Shown piece by piece: positions 21,888-31,991 of a stretch of 48,591 nucleotides of DNA. Source of the stretch: Methanobacterium sp. (lineage in GTDB: Archaea > Methanobacteriota > Methanobacteria > Methanobacteriales > Methanobacteriaceae); assembly GCA_003166335.1 (NCBI GenBank), contig PMWA01000080.1:1-48591 (forward strand), read 5' to 3'. Each line of letters starts with the position of its first letter. The first letter of the stretch is position 1. Position numbers and translations under genes: made by a program. The notes under the pieces are model-generated. The model ran no database searches. It was given only the letters and a program-made list of their open reading frames with translations, and was not told where the DNA came from.

Positions 21888-22739
21888 ATGGAAGAATCTA
21901 AATTCGCCCATTTAACTAGGGTACATCCTTGTTTCAATGAAAAAATGCATGATAAAGTGGGAAGAATCCATGTTCCTATTGCACCTAAATGTAATATTCA
22001 ATGCAACTTCTGCACCCGAGAGATTAATAAATGTGAAATGAGACCCGGAGTATCCGCTTGTATCATGAGTGTGGAGGATGCAGTTAAACATGTGGATAAA
22101 GTTACTAAAGAGATGGCTATATCAGTGGTAGGTGTGGCTGGTCCTGGAGACGCCTTATTTAACCCAGAAACTTTTGAATTCTTCAGGATAATGGATGAAA
22201 AATTCCCAAAACTCATAAAATGTATAAGCACTAACGGACTTCTACTTCCTGATAAAGCGGATGAATTAGCGGAAATACATTTAAACAGTATAACCGTAAC
22301 TGTTAATGCCATTGACCCGAATATAGGTAAAGAAATTTACTCAACAGCAGTTCATCATGGAGAAGTTTACAGAGATGAGGAAGCTTTTAAAATTATCTCG
22401 AAAAATCAATTGGAAGGAATAAAAATGATTGCTGATAGAGATATTGTGGTTAAAGTTAACAGTGTCCTTATTCCTGGTTTAAATGATAAACATATAATCG
22501 AAGTTGCCAAGAAAGTGAAAGAACAAGGTGCATCTCTCATGAATGTTATACCTTTAATACCACTCTATAAATTTAAGGATACTGCACGGCCGGGCTGTGC
22601 TGAACTCAGCGAAGTTAGAGACACGGTTGAAGAGGTAATACCCGTATTTAGAGCCTGCACTCAATGTCGGGCTGATGCTTATGGTATACCTGGTAAAGAG
22701 GATAAACATTTAGATATGACTCCAGCTAGTCACTACTAA
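21888..22739 (+). CDS. nifB: NifB-like radical SAM protein (SAM domain only)
   Basis: HPCF, APKCNIQCNFC, RPG, AGPGD, STNG, KVNSVLIPG, CTQCRADA. Confidence 0.85.
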   Translation: MEESKFAHLTRVHPCFNEKMHDKVGRIHVPIAPKCNIQCNFCTREINKCEMRPGVSACIMSVEDAVKHVDKVTKEMAISVVGVAGPGDALFNPETFEFFRIMDEKFPKLIKCISTNGLLLPDKADELAEIHLNSITVTVNAIDPNIGKEIYSTAVHHGEVYRDEEAFKIISKNQLEGIKMIADRDIVVKVNSVLIPGLNDKHIIEVAKKVKEQGASLMNVIPLIPLYKFKDTARPGCAELSEVRDTVEEVIPVFRACTQCRADAYGIPGKEDKHLDMTPASHY

Positions 22740-22860
22740 AAAATATCCTTAATTTCTTATTTTTGTTTAAATACAGAATCAAACTTATTATGACTTATCT
22801 AAACATTTTTTTAGTTCCTTTTAGGTTTTTAAGAGTTTCAAAAAAAACGGTGTATAAATA

Positions 22861-23790
22861 ATGAAAACTATGTATTGGCAGGATAATCATCTTTTCCTGG
22901 TTGATCAAACTCAACTCCCAGATAAAACGGTTTATGTAGAATGTAAAACCTATCAAAATGTAATTCATGCTATAAAAACATTGATGGTTAGGGGTGCTCC
23001 TGCTATAGGTGTTGCAGCTGCCTTTGCAATGGCATTGGCAGAATTAAACGGAGAGAACTTGAAAAAAGTAGCGGATGAAATCAAAGCATCTAGACCAACT
23101 GCTGTGAATCTGTTTTGGGCTGTGGATAGGGTCTTAAAAGCTGATTCAGCGTTAGATGAAGCCTTTAAAATGTATGAAGAGGATATTAATACTAATCAAG
23201 CCATTGGAAGAGTTGGAGCTAAAGTAATTGAGGACGGAGACACTATCTTAACTCATTGCAATGCTGGGGCTCTGGCCTGTGTAGATTATGGAACTGCATT
23301 GGGAGTGATCAGAGCAGCTGTAGATGAAGGTAAAAATATAAGAGTAGTGTGTGATGAAACTAGACCGGTATGTCAAGGTGCGAGACTCAGTGTTTTTGAA
23401 ATGCAGGATGAAGGTATTCCAGTGAAATTAATCGTGGATAGTGCAGCTGGGAGACTTATGCAGGAAGGTAAAATAAATAAAGTTATCATAGGTGCAGATC
23501 GAGTGGCATGTGGTGGTGTAGCTAATAAAATAGGTTCACTCATGGTGGCATTGGCAGCCAAACGTTTTAAGGTTCCTTTTTATGTTGCTGCGCCTAAAAG
23601 TACCTTTGATGAAGAAATATCCATATATGATGTGGAAATAGAAGAAAGAGATCCTCTTGAGGTTTTATATTATGGGAAATGCAGAGTTGCACCAGAGGGA
23701 ACAAAAGTAGAAAATCCTGCCTTTGATATTGTTCCTTCAGACCTTATAACCGGTATTATTACTGAGGATGGAATTTTACTTCCAATTTAA
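22861..23790 (+). CDS. mtnA: Methylthioribose-1-phosphate isomerase
   Basis: VRGAPAIG, SRPTAVNL, THCNAG, ETRP..QGARL, GADR, NKIG, NPAFD. Confidence 0.93.
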   Translation: MKTMYWQDNHLFLVDQTQLPDKTVYVECKTYQNVIHAIKTLMVRGAPAIGVAAAFAMALAELNGENLKKVADEIKASRPTAVNLFWAVDRVLKADSALDEAFKMYEEDINTNQAIGRVGAKVIEDGDTILTHCNAGALACVDYGTALGVIRAAVDEGKNIRVVCDETRPVCQGARLSVFEMQDEGIPVKLIVDSAAGRLMQEGKINKVIIGADRVACGGVANKIGSLMVALAAKRFKVPFYVAAPKSTFDEEISIYDVEIEERDPLEVLYYGKCRVAPEGTKVENPAFDIVPSDLITGIITEDGILLPI

Positions 23791-23821
23791 ATTTTAATTA
23801 TTTTTTTAAATATTTCAGCTA

Positions 23822-24370
23822 TTGAAAATTATGAATCTTAGAGCCCTTAGTAAAATTGCAAGTAACTGCATTCAATGTCCTTTACATGAGAGTAGAACGA
23901 ATGTTGTTTTTGGAGAAGGACGTATAGACGCTGATATAATGCTTATAGGGGAAGCGCCCGGTAAAAATGAAGATGAAACAGGTAAACCTTTTGTTGGAAT
24001 GTCTGGTAAATTATTAAGCGAGATTATAAGTGAGGCAGGATTGAAGAGGTCTGATATTTATATTACTTCCATTGTAAAGTGCAGACCGGAAAATAACAGG
24101 AACCCAAGGAAGTTGGAGTATAGTAAATGTATAAATCTTTATTTAAGCAATCAAATAGAGTTAATAAATCCAGATGTTATAGGATTACTTGGAAATAGCG
24201 CTGTTTATGCTTTAATTGGTAAAAAAAATATTAAACAGATTCATGGAGAGACCTATGAGCTTAATGGTAGAAAATATATGGCTCTTTTTCATCCAGCTGC
24301 TGCTTTATATTCCCGTGCACTTTTACCACAGTTAAAGAAAGATATGATAAAATTAAGTAACGCAATTTAA
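23822..24370 (+). CDS. Family-4 uracil-DNA glycosylase
   Basis: CIQCPL, GEAPG, PFVG, KCRPENNR, FHPAA. Confidence 0.93.
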   Translation: MKIMNLRALSKIASNCIQCPLHESRTNVVFGEGRIDADIMLIGEAPGKNEDETGKPFVGMSGKLLSEIISEAGLKRSDIYITSIVKCRPENNRNPRKLEYSKCINLYLSNQIELINPDVIGLLGNSAVYALIGKKNIKQIHGETYELNGRKYMALFHPAAALYSRALLPQLKKDMIKLSNAI

Positions 24371-24683
24371 TCATAATCAAAAACAAATTTATGGATTATT
24401 TATTTGTTTCACCACATTATATGATGACCAGATCATAATTTGAGGAATGGAAATATAAAATAATTTTCATTTTAGGTTTAAGATGGTTCGAAATAAGTTC
24501 AGAATCCATTGAATTTAATACTTTTGATGGTAAAAATAGCCTTTAAATTTAAGAATAAAGTTTATTTAAAATCCTTAAATGTCTCTTATCTGTACTTTAA
24601 GATTAATTTTCTCAAAATAAATAATTCCCTGAGATTGATGCGGAGTTGCATCTATTTTGAATTTTAATAAAAATAAGTTGTTA

Positions 24684-25598
24684 TTATTTAAATATTCTGA
24701 TTATTCTCTCTTTTTTACCCCAAAAGATGATTGCTAATAGTATTAATGCATACAAAGTAATAATGGGAATATCTGATAATAGGTTGGGTGCTGAATTATC
24801 GGTTAGTAGGGAGGGTATATTACCAAGTCCTCCATTTGGAGAGTTAAGAATTAATGCTACGAAGATATTGTTTGCTATATGCACACCCATAGCTGTTTCC
24901 AATCTATTCTCACCCAATGTTATTATACCAAGTGTTAATCCTATAATAAGTGCTTGTAGTACAATATCAACACTTGTCAGGGTATTTGCACCGTTAGGGA
25001 AATGAAGAAGAGCAAAAATGATTGAAGTAGTAATTAAAGGTATTACTGGCTTTTCTGCTAATAATCCAATATGTAGTCTTCTTATTTTTATTCTTCCTAT
25101 ACCTTGCATTAAATATCCTCTGAAGAATAATTCTTCAAAAGACGCCTGAACAGGAAATACTATTAAGCTTATAACTAGCAAGATTAGAAAGTTTTGAGAA
25201 TTGAAAGAACCATTTATATTAGTGGGATTGAGTAGTAATGTTATTATTAAGCCTAATGTTAATAATCCAAACCATATTCCACCACCTTTAAAAATTCTCC
25301 TCCAACTGAATTTAGAATCTGTATTAACTAGGGATATGAACTGCCTTTCATGTATAAAACGTATACCAATGTAAAGAAATATTAATGAAAGCATGTCGGA
25401 TATGCCAACTAGTACAATGAGTGCAAGTGGTTCTGACAGGATTGAAGCAAGATTACTTGGATTAAATCTGCTTAATATGAAAAAAACAATAGAGAGAATC
25501 ACAACAGGCGTTCCCCAGGTTAAAATAATTGTTGTAAGGTATCTCCACCAATTATTTTTACCCTCCGCCGCGTTATCTAAAAAAGTTATCCTAGACAT
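24684..25598 (-). CDS. CPBP-family intramembrane glutamic endopeptidase
   Basis: EELFFRG, FALLH, GVHIANN. Confidence 0.92.
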   Translation of the reverse strand: MSRITFLDNAAEGKNNWWRYLTTIILTWGTPVVILSIVFFILSRFNPSNLASILSEPLALIVLVGISDMLSLIFLYIGIRFIHERQFISLVNTDSKFSWRRIFKGGGIWFGLLTLGLIITLLLNPTNINGSFNSQNFLILLVISLIVFPVQASFEELFFRGYLMQGIGRIKIRRLHIGLLAEKPVIPLITTSIIFALLHFPNGANTLTSVDIVLQALIIGLTLGIITLGENRLETAMGVHIANNIFVALILNSPNGGLGNIPSLLTDNSAPNLLSDIPIITLYALILLAIIFWGKKERIIRIFK

Positions 25599-25640
25599 TA
25601 TAATATTACCTCAGTTTTTAATATTCGTTGAAAAAATTAT

Positions 25641-26663
25641 TTAAGTTATCATAATATCTAAACCGATATGCCAAACACCTGGACTTCTGGATTTAACTCT
25701 TCTTTTATCCAATACTTTAACTTCTCGAGGGCCTGAAGCAGTTCGAACCCGTTCAATGGGTTTATCATAATCACGTGAAAATTCATAATAATGTAAAACT
25801 CCACCTTCCTTAAGGCAATTGATAGCAGATTCAAGGAATAAATAGGCTGTTCCGGGAAGATTCATTATTATTCGGTCAGCGATTATATCTTTAACATTTA
25901 AAACTTCTTTAACATCACCTAATATTGGAATAATTTTTCCGTGAATCTTATTAAGTTGGATATTCTTTTCCAGATAATAAATGGCATCTGGGTTAATATC
26001 AATAGCGTAGATTTCCACCATCCTATTGCGAGCAATTGCAATGGAAAAGGGACCTACTCCCGTAAACATGTCAATAATCGTTTCACCATCATTAACTTGA
26101 TTAGTAATTCTCTCCCGTTCCGTGGCTAGTCTGGGGCTGAAGTAAACTTTACGTACATCTATCATCAACCGGGACCCGTATTCAGTGTGAATAGTTTCAG
26201 ACTCATCTTTTCCAGCCAGATATTCTAACTCACGGGTTCTAATAACTCCCTTTATGTTACTATTCTTCTTAAAAACCGTCCTCCTTTTAGTGAAATCTAA
26301 AGCCGCTTTGCCGATTAAGTATTTCTCATCCTCTAATTCCTCAGTCACTTCAAGAATCACCACATCTCCAATTATATCGAATGACTTCTTAATTTCGATT
26401 ATTTTATCAGAAGAGATTTTATTCTTCAAATAATCTTTAAGACTTCTAGGTTCTTTAGGGTGTGATTCAAATTCTGTTTCTATAATTTCAAATGATGCGA
26501 AGCCTAATTCCTTAATTTTTTCAGCGTCGAGTTTTTTAATGAGCGGTATGAAAACAAAATCGTCAGATCGTTTTATTTTAAATTGACGATCAATGAGCGA
26601 ATATTCTAATAATATTCTCCTTACTTCATCTGCACGTTTTTTAGGGATTTTTAAGCCAATCAA
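25641..26663 (-). CDS. trm5: tRNA (guanine-37-N1) methyltransferase, Trm5/Met10+ family
   Basis: SFDIIGD, VYFSPRLATER, DMFTGVGPF, DINP, RIIMNLP. Confidence 0.9.
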   Translation of the reverse strand: MIGLKIPKKRADEVRRILLEYSLIDRQFKIKRSDDFVFIPLIKKLDAEKIKELGFASFEIIETEFESHPKEPRSLKDYLKNKISSDKIIEIKKSFDIIGDVVILEVTEELEDEKYLIGKAALDFTKRRTVFKKNSNIKGVIRTRELEYLAGKDESETIHTEYGSRLMIDVRKVYFSPRLATERERITNQVNDGETIIDMFTGVGPFSIAIARNRMVEIYAIDINPDAIYYLEKNIQLNKIHGKIIPILGDVKEVLNVKDIIADRIIMNLPGTAYLFLESAINCLKEGGVLHYYEFSRDYDKPIERVRTASGPREVKVLDKRRVKSRSPGVWHIGLDIMIT

Positions 26664-26813
26664 TTCAAAAATTTTCCCCCTATTATGACTATATTTTATT
26701 CTCTTACTTCTATTACCTTATTTAAGAAAATATAAATATAGTATTTTATGAACTTTTATTTATCTAAAATTTTTTATTTAATTATTACGTAAAAATAGAA
26801 TATGGGTGATTTA

Positions 26814-27605
26814 ATGCTTTATTTTATTGGTTTAGGGCTTTATGATGAAAAAGATATATCACTTAGAGGAGCTGAGATTTTAAAGACTGTGGATGTTATT
26901 TATGCTGAATTTTACACTGCAAGTCTTTTCGGAGGTAGCATCAATTCTCTAGAGGAACTTTTAGGCGTGGAAATTGACATTTTAAATAGAGAAGAAGTTG
27001 AGGATGAGAATATTCCTCTAATTGAAGCTGAAAACAAAGATGTTGCATTTTTAACTGCGGGAGATCCTTTGATTGCCACCACTCATTCGGATATGATGAT
27101 TCAAGCCAGGAAAATGAATATAGAAACAAGAATTATCCATTCTGCATCCATACTATCCGCTGCACCTGGAATAGCTGGATTACAAGCTTATAAATTTGGA
27201 AAAGTCACTACTATCCCCTTTACTGAAACTAATTACTTCCCTCATTCACCCTACTTAACAATTAAAGCTAATTTAGAAAATGGAATGCATACATTAGTGC
27301 TTCTGGATATTCAAGCTCATTTAAACCGTTATATGACTGCTAATCAGGGGTTAGATTACTTGATTCATGTGGGGGAGAAGCGGGAAGAACATGTCATTTC
27401 TCAAGATACATTAGCTATAGTTGTGGCTCGTGTTGGTTCACCAAAACCCGTTGTAAGAGCTGATAAACTAAGAAATCTTCTAGAAGAAGATTTTGGAGAT
27501 CCACTGCATTCACTTATAATACCTTCAGATCTGCACTTTATCGAGGCAGAAGCATTGGTAGTGCTTGGAGGGGCATCACCTGAAATCATTAGAAATGCAT
27601 TATAA
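26814..27605 (+). CDS. dph5: Diphthine synthase
   Basis: MLYFIGLGL, GDPLIATTH, GLQAYKFG, HTLVLLDI. Confidence 0.95.
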   Translation: MLYFIGLGLYDEKDISLRGAEILKTVDVIYAEFYTASLFGGSINSLEELLGVEIDILNREEVEDENIPLIEAENKDVAFLTAGDPLIATTHSDMMIQARKMNIETRIIHSASILSAAPGIAGLQAYKFGKVTTIPFTETNYFPHSPYLTIKANLENGMHTLVLLDIQAHLNRYMTANQGLDYLIHVGEKREEHVISQDTLAIVVARVGSPKPVVRADKLRNLLEEDFGDPLHSLIIPSDLHFIEAEALVVLGGASPEIIRNAL

Positions 27606-27671
27606 AAAGAATATAAAAATTTAAAGCCTTAAATTATATTATTGGATTTTATGGAATATTTAAATGCGAAT

Positions 27672-27929
27672 TTAGAGTTTTAATACTTTTTTTCCACTCT
27701 TTTCATTAGTTAAATTGCCTTTATCTATGAATTCACATTTTTCAACATTTTGGAGGGGAATTAAAACTTTTTTCATTCCAATCTCCATTTTACCATAATC
27801 AATTTCTATAAATCCCCGGGTTTCATCGATTTCTATGTTCTTCACTCCGAATTCGCCTATACGAAAATTATGAACGGATTCATTGATCATATTTATTTCT
27901 ATTTTCTCAATTGTTTTAGTCATAATCAA
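27672..27929 (-). CDS. Hypothetical protein
   Basis: Clean ORF with GGAGAGTG upstream. Confidence 0.7.
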   Translation of the reverse strand: MIMTKTIEKIEINMINESVHNFRIGEFGVKNIEIDETRGFIEIDYGKMEIGMKKVLIPLQNVEKCEFIDKGNLTNEKSGKKVLKL

Positions 27930-28178
27930 ACACTCTCCAGCTAATTAATATGTGCTTTATTTGAAATAATATTTCCCAACGTCGTTGAATAAAATAAAAC
28001 ATTTATTCAAAGTATTATTCTATTTTTTATGATTTTATTATATATTTTTAGTGTTTAATTTAATAATAAAACTCTTGAAAGGCTGTATTTCAAGAAATGA
28101 TTGTTTTATAATTTTATTTTCTATCATCCAGTTTAAGGGTTTATAAAAATTCTTTTAAATTAACTTTTTTTAGTAAGG

Positions 28179-28243
28179 TTTATATATAAAAAGTTACTAA
28201 GAGTAACTATGTTACTATAGGTAGATTAATTACTAATGGTAAC
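28179..28243 (+). promoter_or_regulatory. TATA box followed by three GTTAC-N5-GTAAC-type palindromes (likely TetR operators)
   Basis: TTTATATA, then AGTTACT-AAG-AGTAACT (28192-28208), GTTAC-TATAG-GTAG (28211) and ATTAC-TAATG-GTAAC (28229-28243). Confidence 0.7.
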
Positions 28244-28273
28244 GGATTGAAGAATTTTTAGGATGTGGTATAA

Positions 28274-28909
28274 ATTTCAATTTCCAAGAGAATAAAACGT
28301 GAGCGAAAAACCAATGAAATAATTGATGCTGCCGAAAAAGTGTTTTTTTCGAGGGGTTTTAATGAAACCACCATGGAAAACATAGCAACTGAACTTGAAC
28401 TAACCAAACCCGCTTTATACAGGTACTTCCAGAGTAAAGAAGACCTTTATTATGCTGTGGTGCTTCGAGGTGAGATTATTCTGTCAGAAATAATAGATGT
28501 AGAACTTGCTTCTAAAAAAACTGGCATAAACAAAATCCTCGCTACAGGTTTAGCTTATAGTAGATTCTATCAAGAATATCCTAATTACTCCAGGTTGATG
28601 CTAGATACAAAAAGCAACCTTTTAAGAGGTAGGGATTGTATGAACTTCCAGAAACTGTCAGAATATAACAGAAACCACTTAAAAATCATGTGCGATGCAA
28701 TTGAAACAGGAAAGCATGACGGTTCAATTAGAACAGATATAGACACGTTCATGACAGCATTGTACTTGGTAGAATCAACAATTGCTATAATGCAGTTATC
28801 AGAAAATAGGGATGACATTATAAATTCCATGGAAAAGGGTAAGGAAGATTTCATACATCACTCTTTCATGTTAATGGGAAATTCACTCAAGAATGAAAAA
28901 ATTAAATAG
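28274..28909 (+). CDS. TetR/AcrR regulator; apparent start is ATT at 28274
   Basis: Frame open from 28274: ISISKRIKRERKTNEIIDAAEKVFFSRGFNETTMENIA...LYRYFQSKEDLY. Confidence 0.85.
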   Translation: MSISKRIKRERKTNEIIDAAEKVFFSRGFNETTMENIATELELTKPALYRYFQSKEDLYYAVVLRGEIILSEIIDVELASKKTGINKILATGLAYSRFYQEYPNYSRLMLDTKSNLLRGRDCMNFQKLSEYNRNHLKIMCDAIETGKHDGSIRTDIDTFMTALYLVESTIAIMQLSENRDDIINSMEKGKEDFIHHSFMLMGNSLKNEKIK

Positions 28910-28927
28910 GTGGGAAGGGATTGAATC

Positions 28928-29030
28928 ATGAAAAAATTGCGGTTTTAAATGGAAGTCCCAAGGTGAATTAAGTGAACAATACATAAGTTAAGTTCATACA
29001 AAAAAATTTCCAGAGAACGAAATGAAAATA
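28928..29030 (+). pseudogene. Remnant of an NAD(P)H-dependent FMN reductase/flavodoxin-like gene
   Basis: Fragments KIAVLNGSPK, VKFIQK and KKFPENEMKI across frameshifts; the rest is missing. Confidence 0.6.
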
Positions 29031-29142
29031 AATAAAACAGTATCAAAGAAACTTAAAATGATTAAAACATTTCATATTCAAAGCAATGATAACCCGAATT
29101 TTTATTTGATAGATTAGGACAAAAAGGAGGAATGGATTCATA

Positions 29143-30081
29143 ATGGATTATATAATAAGTGCTCAGAAAATCACTAAAGATTTTGATGGGTTTAAAGCTG
29201 TAGATGGATTGAGTTTACAGGTTAATAAGGGTGAAGTTTTCGGTTTCTTAGGTCCTAACGGAGCAGGTAAAACCACTTTTATCAATATTATGGTGGGTCT
29301 TCTCAAACCTACTAGTGGTCAAATATTAATTAACGGTGAAGATGTGCAAAAGATTGATAAAGGATTAATTGGTATTTGTCCGCAGGAACTGGTTCTTTGG
29401 GATAACCTCACTTGTAAGGAAAGTCTTACGTTGATGGGAGACATGTATGAGGTTCCTAAAAAATTATTGAAGCAGAGAGTAGATAAACTCCTAAAAGATC
29501 TTCTTTTAACTGATAAAGCTGATACCGTAGTTATTAAACTTTCTGGTGGAATGAAACGTCGTTTAAATTTAGCATTAGCATTAGTCCATGAGCCGGAGAT
29601 TGTAGTGTTAGATGAACCATCCGAAGGTTTAGATCCTCAATCAAAAAGAGTTCTTTGGAATTATATTAAATCTTTAAGAGATGATGAGGGTAAAACAGTA
29701 ATACTAACCACCCATCTTATGGATGAAGCTGATAAATTATCAGATCGTGTTGCGATAATAGATCACGGCCAACTTATTAAATTAGACACTACTGAAAACC
29801 TTAAAAAAGAGATTGGAGAGGGAGATGTGGTGGAAATGAAGCTATCTAAACCACAAATGAATAAGGAAGTTATTAAATCCCTGAAAAGTATCCAACAAAT
29901 CATATCAGTGCTTGAAGTTGATGGCCTTATTAATTTAAGAGCCATGGATGCCGTTGGTAAGTTACCACAGATAATGGAAAAAGTTGAGTCAACAGGAGTT
30001 CAAATATCAGATCTTAATGTACGACAGAATACCCTAGAAGATGTTTTCATAGAATTAACAGGAAGCAGTTTAAGGGAGTAA
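29143..30081 (+). CDS. ABC-2 exporter ATP-binding protein
   Basis: GPNGAGKT, LSGGM, LDEP, TTH. Confidence 0.95.
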   Translation: MDYIISAQKITKDFDGFKAVDGLSLQVNKGEVFGFLGPNGAGKTTFINIMVGLLKPTSGQILINGEDVQKIDKGLIGICPQELVLWDNLTCKESLTLMGDMYEVPKKLLKQRVDKLLKDLLLTDKADTVVIKLSGGMKRRLNLALALVHEPEIVVLDEPSEGLDPQSKRVLWNYIKSLRDDEGKTVILTTHLMDEADKLSDRVAIIDHGQLIKLDTTENLKKEIGEGDVVEMKLSKPQMNKEVIKSLKSIQQIISVLEVDGLINLRAMDAVGKLPQIMEKVESTGVQISDLNVRQNTLEDVFIELTGSSLRE

Positions 30082-30087
30082 ATAATA

Positions 30088-31356
30088 ATGAAGTTTTTAA
30101 GTATAGCCATTAAGGACTTAAAGGAAATATTACGTGATAGAAGAGGATTCTTTTTTATCCTGCTTTTCCCCATGTTATTAATAGTGGTGTTTGGATTTGC
30201 CTTCGGCGGATCAGGAGGAAACACTCCCCATAACCTTGCGATAATCAACTATGATCAAGGTTCCGAACTAAATAATCAAAGTGTTAACTTTGGAAATAAT
30301 CTAACTCAAATGCTGGAAAATGCAAAATATTCTAATAGTAATGTGTATTTATTTAACGTTACACAACCTAGCGAGAGTACTGCTGATCAACAATTAAAAC
30401 AAGAGAAAATAGACGCAGAGCTGATTATACCGCAAAATTTCTCACAAGCCACAGTATCTCTGATTAACAATACTATTTTAGAAACTACTAACCCTCTCTC
30501 AACAGGATCATCAATGAATTCCAACATTACCTCCACGCTCATAATTCGTGGTGACACTGGATCGATGAATTTTGGCACCACTCAAGGTATTTTAGTGGGA
30601 ATTCTGTCCCAATATAAAGATGGAGTAGTCACCAGTACTCAAAACAGTGTTAGGGGAACACCCGGAGCACAACCCACAGAATATCTTTCTAGTACGGTGG
30701 AACCCATTGCTGGAACTGCGAACTTCACCACTTTCGACTTCCAGGCTCCAGGATTGATAGTATTCGCTATAATACTCTTAGCCACTACTATCGCTACGAG
30801 TTTAACTAGAGAGACAGAAAGAGGAACATTAGCCAGACTCAAACTATCAAAAATGCGAGGATTTGACCTATTATTCGGCGCTATGATCCCTTGGTCCCTA
30901 GTTGTTGTGGCTCAAGTAGTAATACTGCTAATCGTAGCTAAAGCCATTGGATTCAGCTGGCAGGGCGGTATTAACTCAATTCTTTTAGCCATTTTTGTGG
31001 GTGTTATTGGTGGAATAGCTTCTATTTCCCTAGCAATGATAATTGCATCTTTCGCTAAAAACGACAGACAAGCTGCTAATTTAGGAACATTAATTGCTGT
31101 TCCCACCAGTTTCCTGGCAGGAGCATTCTTCCAATTACCTCAAGCATCAATCGGAACCTTTCTGGGACAATCATTCCAGATCTACGATATTTTACCCTGG
31201 ACTCATACTATCGATGCTCTGCGAACCATCCTTACCTACGGAGGCGGATGGAATGACATTTCCTATCAAGTGGGTTTAAGTGTCTTGCTTACCATAATAT
31301 TGTTTGTGATAGGTGTAGCAGTATTCTCGCGTACCAGGTTAAGGGCTGAAAGTTAA
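30088..31356 (+). CDS. ABC-2 exporter permease
   Basis: N-terminal TM, large extracellular domain, ETERGTLARL, further TMs. Confidence 0.92.
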   Translation: MKFLSIAIKDLKEILRDRRGFFFILLFPMLLIVVFGFAFGGSGGNTPHNLAIINYDQGSELNNQSVNFGNNLTQMLENAKYSNSNVYLFNVTQPSESTADQQLKQEKIDAELIIPQNFSQATVSLINNTILETTNPLSTGSSMNSNITSTLIIRGDTGSMNFGTTQGILVGILSQYKDGVVTSTQNSVRGTPGAQPTEYLSSTVEPIAGTANFTTFDFQAPGLIVFAIILLATTIATSLTRETERGTLARLKLSKMRGFDLLFGAMIPWSLVVVAQVVILLIVAKAIGFSWQGGINSILLAIFVGVIGGIASISLAMIIASFAKNDRQAANLGTLIAVPTSFLAGAFFQLPQASIGTFLGQSFQIYDILPWTHTIDALRTILTYGGGWNDISYQVGLSVLLTIILFVIGVAVFSRTRLRAES

Positions 31357-31387
31357 GAATTAGATTAAATTTATGAGGTTTTGATAT

Positions 31388-31966
31388 ATGACTGATAAAA
31401 AACATGGACATGTTCATCACAGTAAATCTACAAAAGATATTTTAAGTGCTGATAAAGTTCTCTCAGCAGCAGGATTAAAAAGTGGAGATGTTTTCCTTGA
31501 TGCGGGCTGTGGAGATGGTTACATCTCCATAGCCGCCTCTCCCCTAGTGGAAGGGGAAGGAAAAGTTTATGCTATTGACGTGTACCCTGAATCGATTGAA
31601 ATAGTGAAAAAAGATGTTCAAAAGAAAAGAATAAAAAATTTAGAGGCTATTATTGCAGATTTAACAAGTGAAATTCCTTTAATTGATGATTCAGTTGATT
31701 TATGTGTTATGGCTAATGTACTTCATGGTTTTGTCGAAAATGGAGAATTAGATAAAGTCCTACCTGAAATTAAAAGAGTTATTAAATTGGGTGGGATTTT
31801 TTCAGTCGTGGAATTCAAGAAAATAGAGGGACTGCAGGGACCTCCATTTGAGGTTCGATTAAATCCGCAAGATGTTGAGAATGTACTTATAAAATATGGA
31901 TTTGAGGTAACAGAGACTGTTGAGGTTGGTAAATATCATTATTTAGTTAATGCTGTGAAAAATTAA
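31388..31966 (+). CDS. Class I SAM-dependent methyltransferase
   Basis: FLDAGCGDG, VYAID, NVLH, GPP; His-rich N-terminus. Confidence 0.9.
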   Translation: MTDKKHGHVHHSKSTKDILSADKVLSAAGLKSGDVFLDAGCGDGYISIAASPLVEGEGKVYAIDVYPESIEIVKKDVQKKRIKNLEAIIADLTSEIPLIDDSVDLCVMANVLHGFVENGELDKVLPEIKRVIKLGGIFSVVEFKKIEGLQGPPFEVRLNPQDVENVLIKYGFEVTETVEVGKYHYLVNAVKN

Positions 31967-31991
31967 AATTTTTTTTAATAAATTTATTTTT

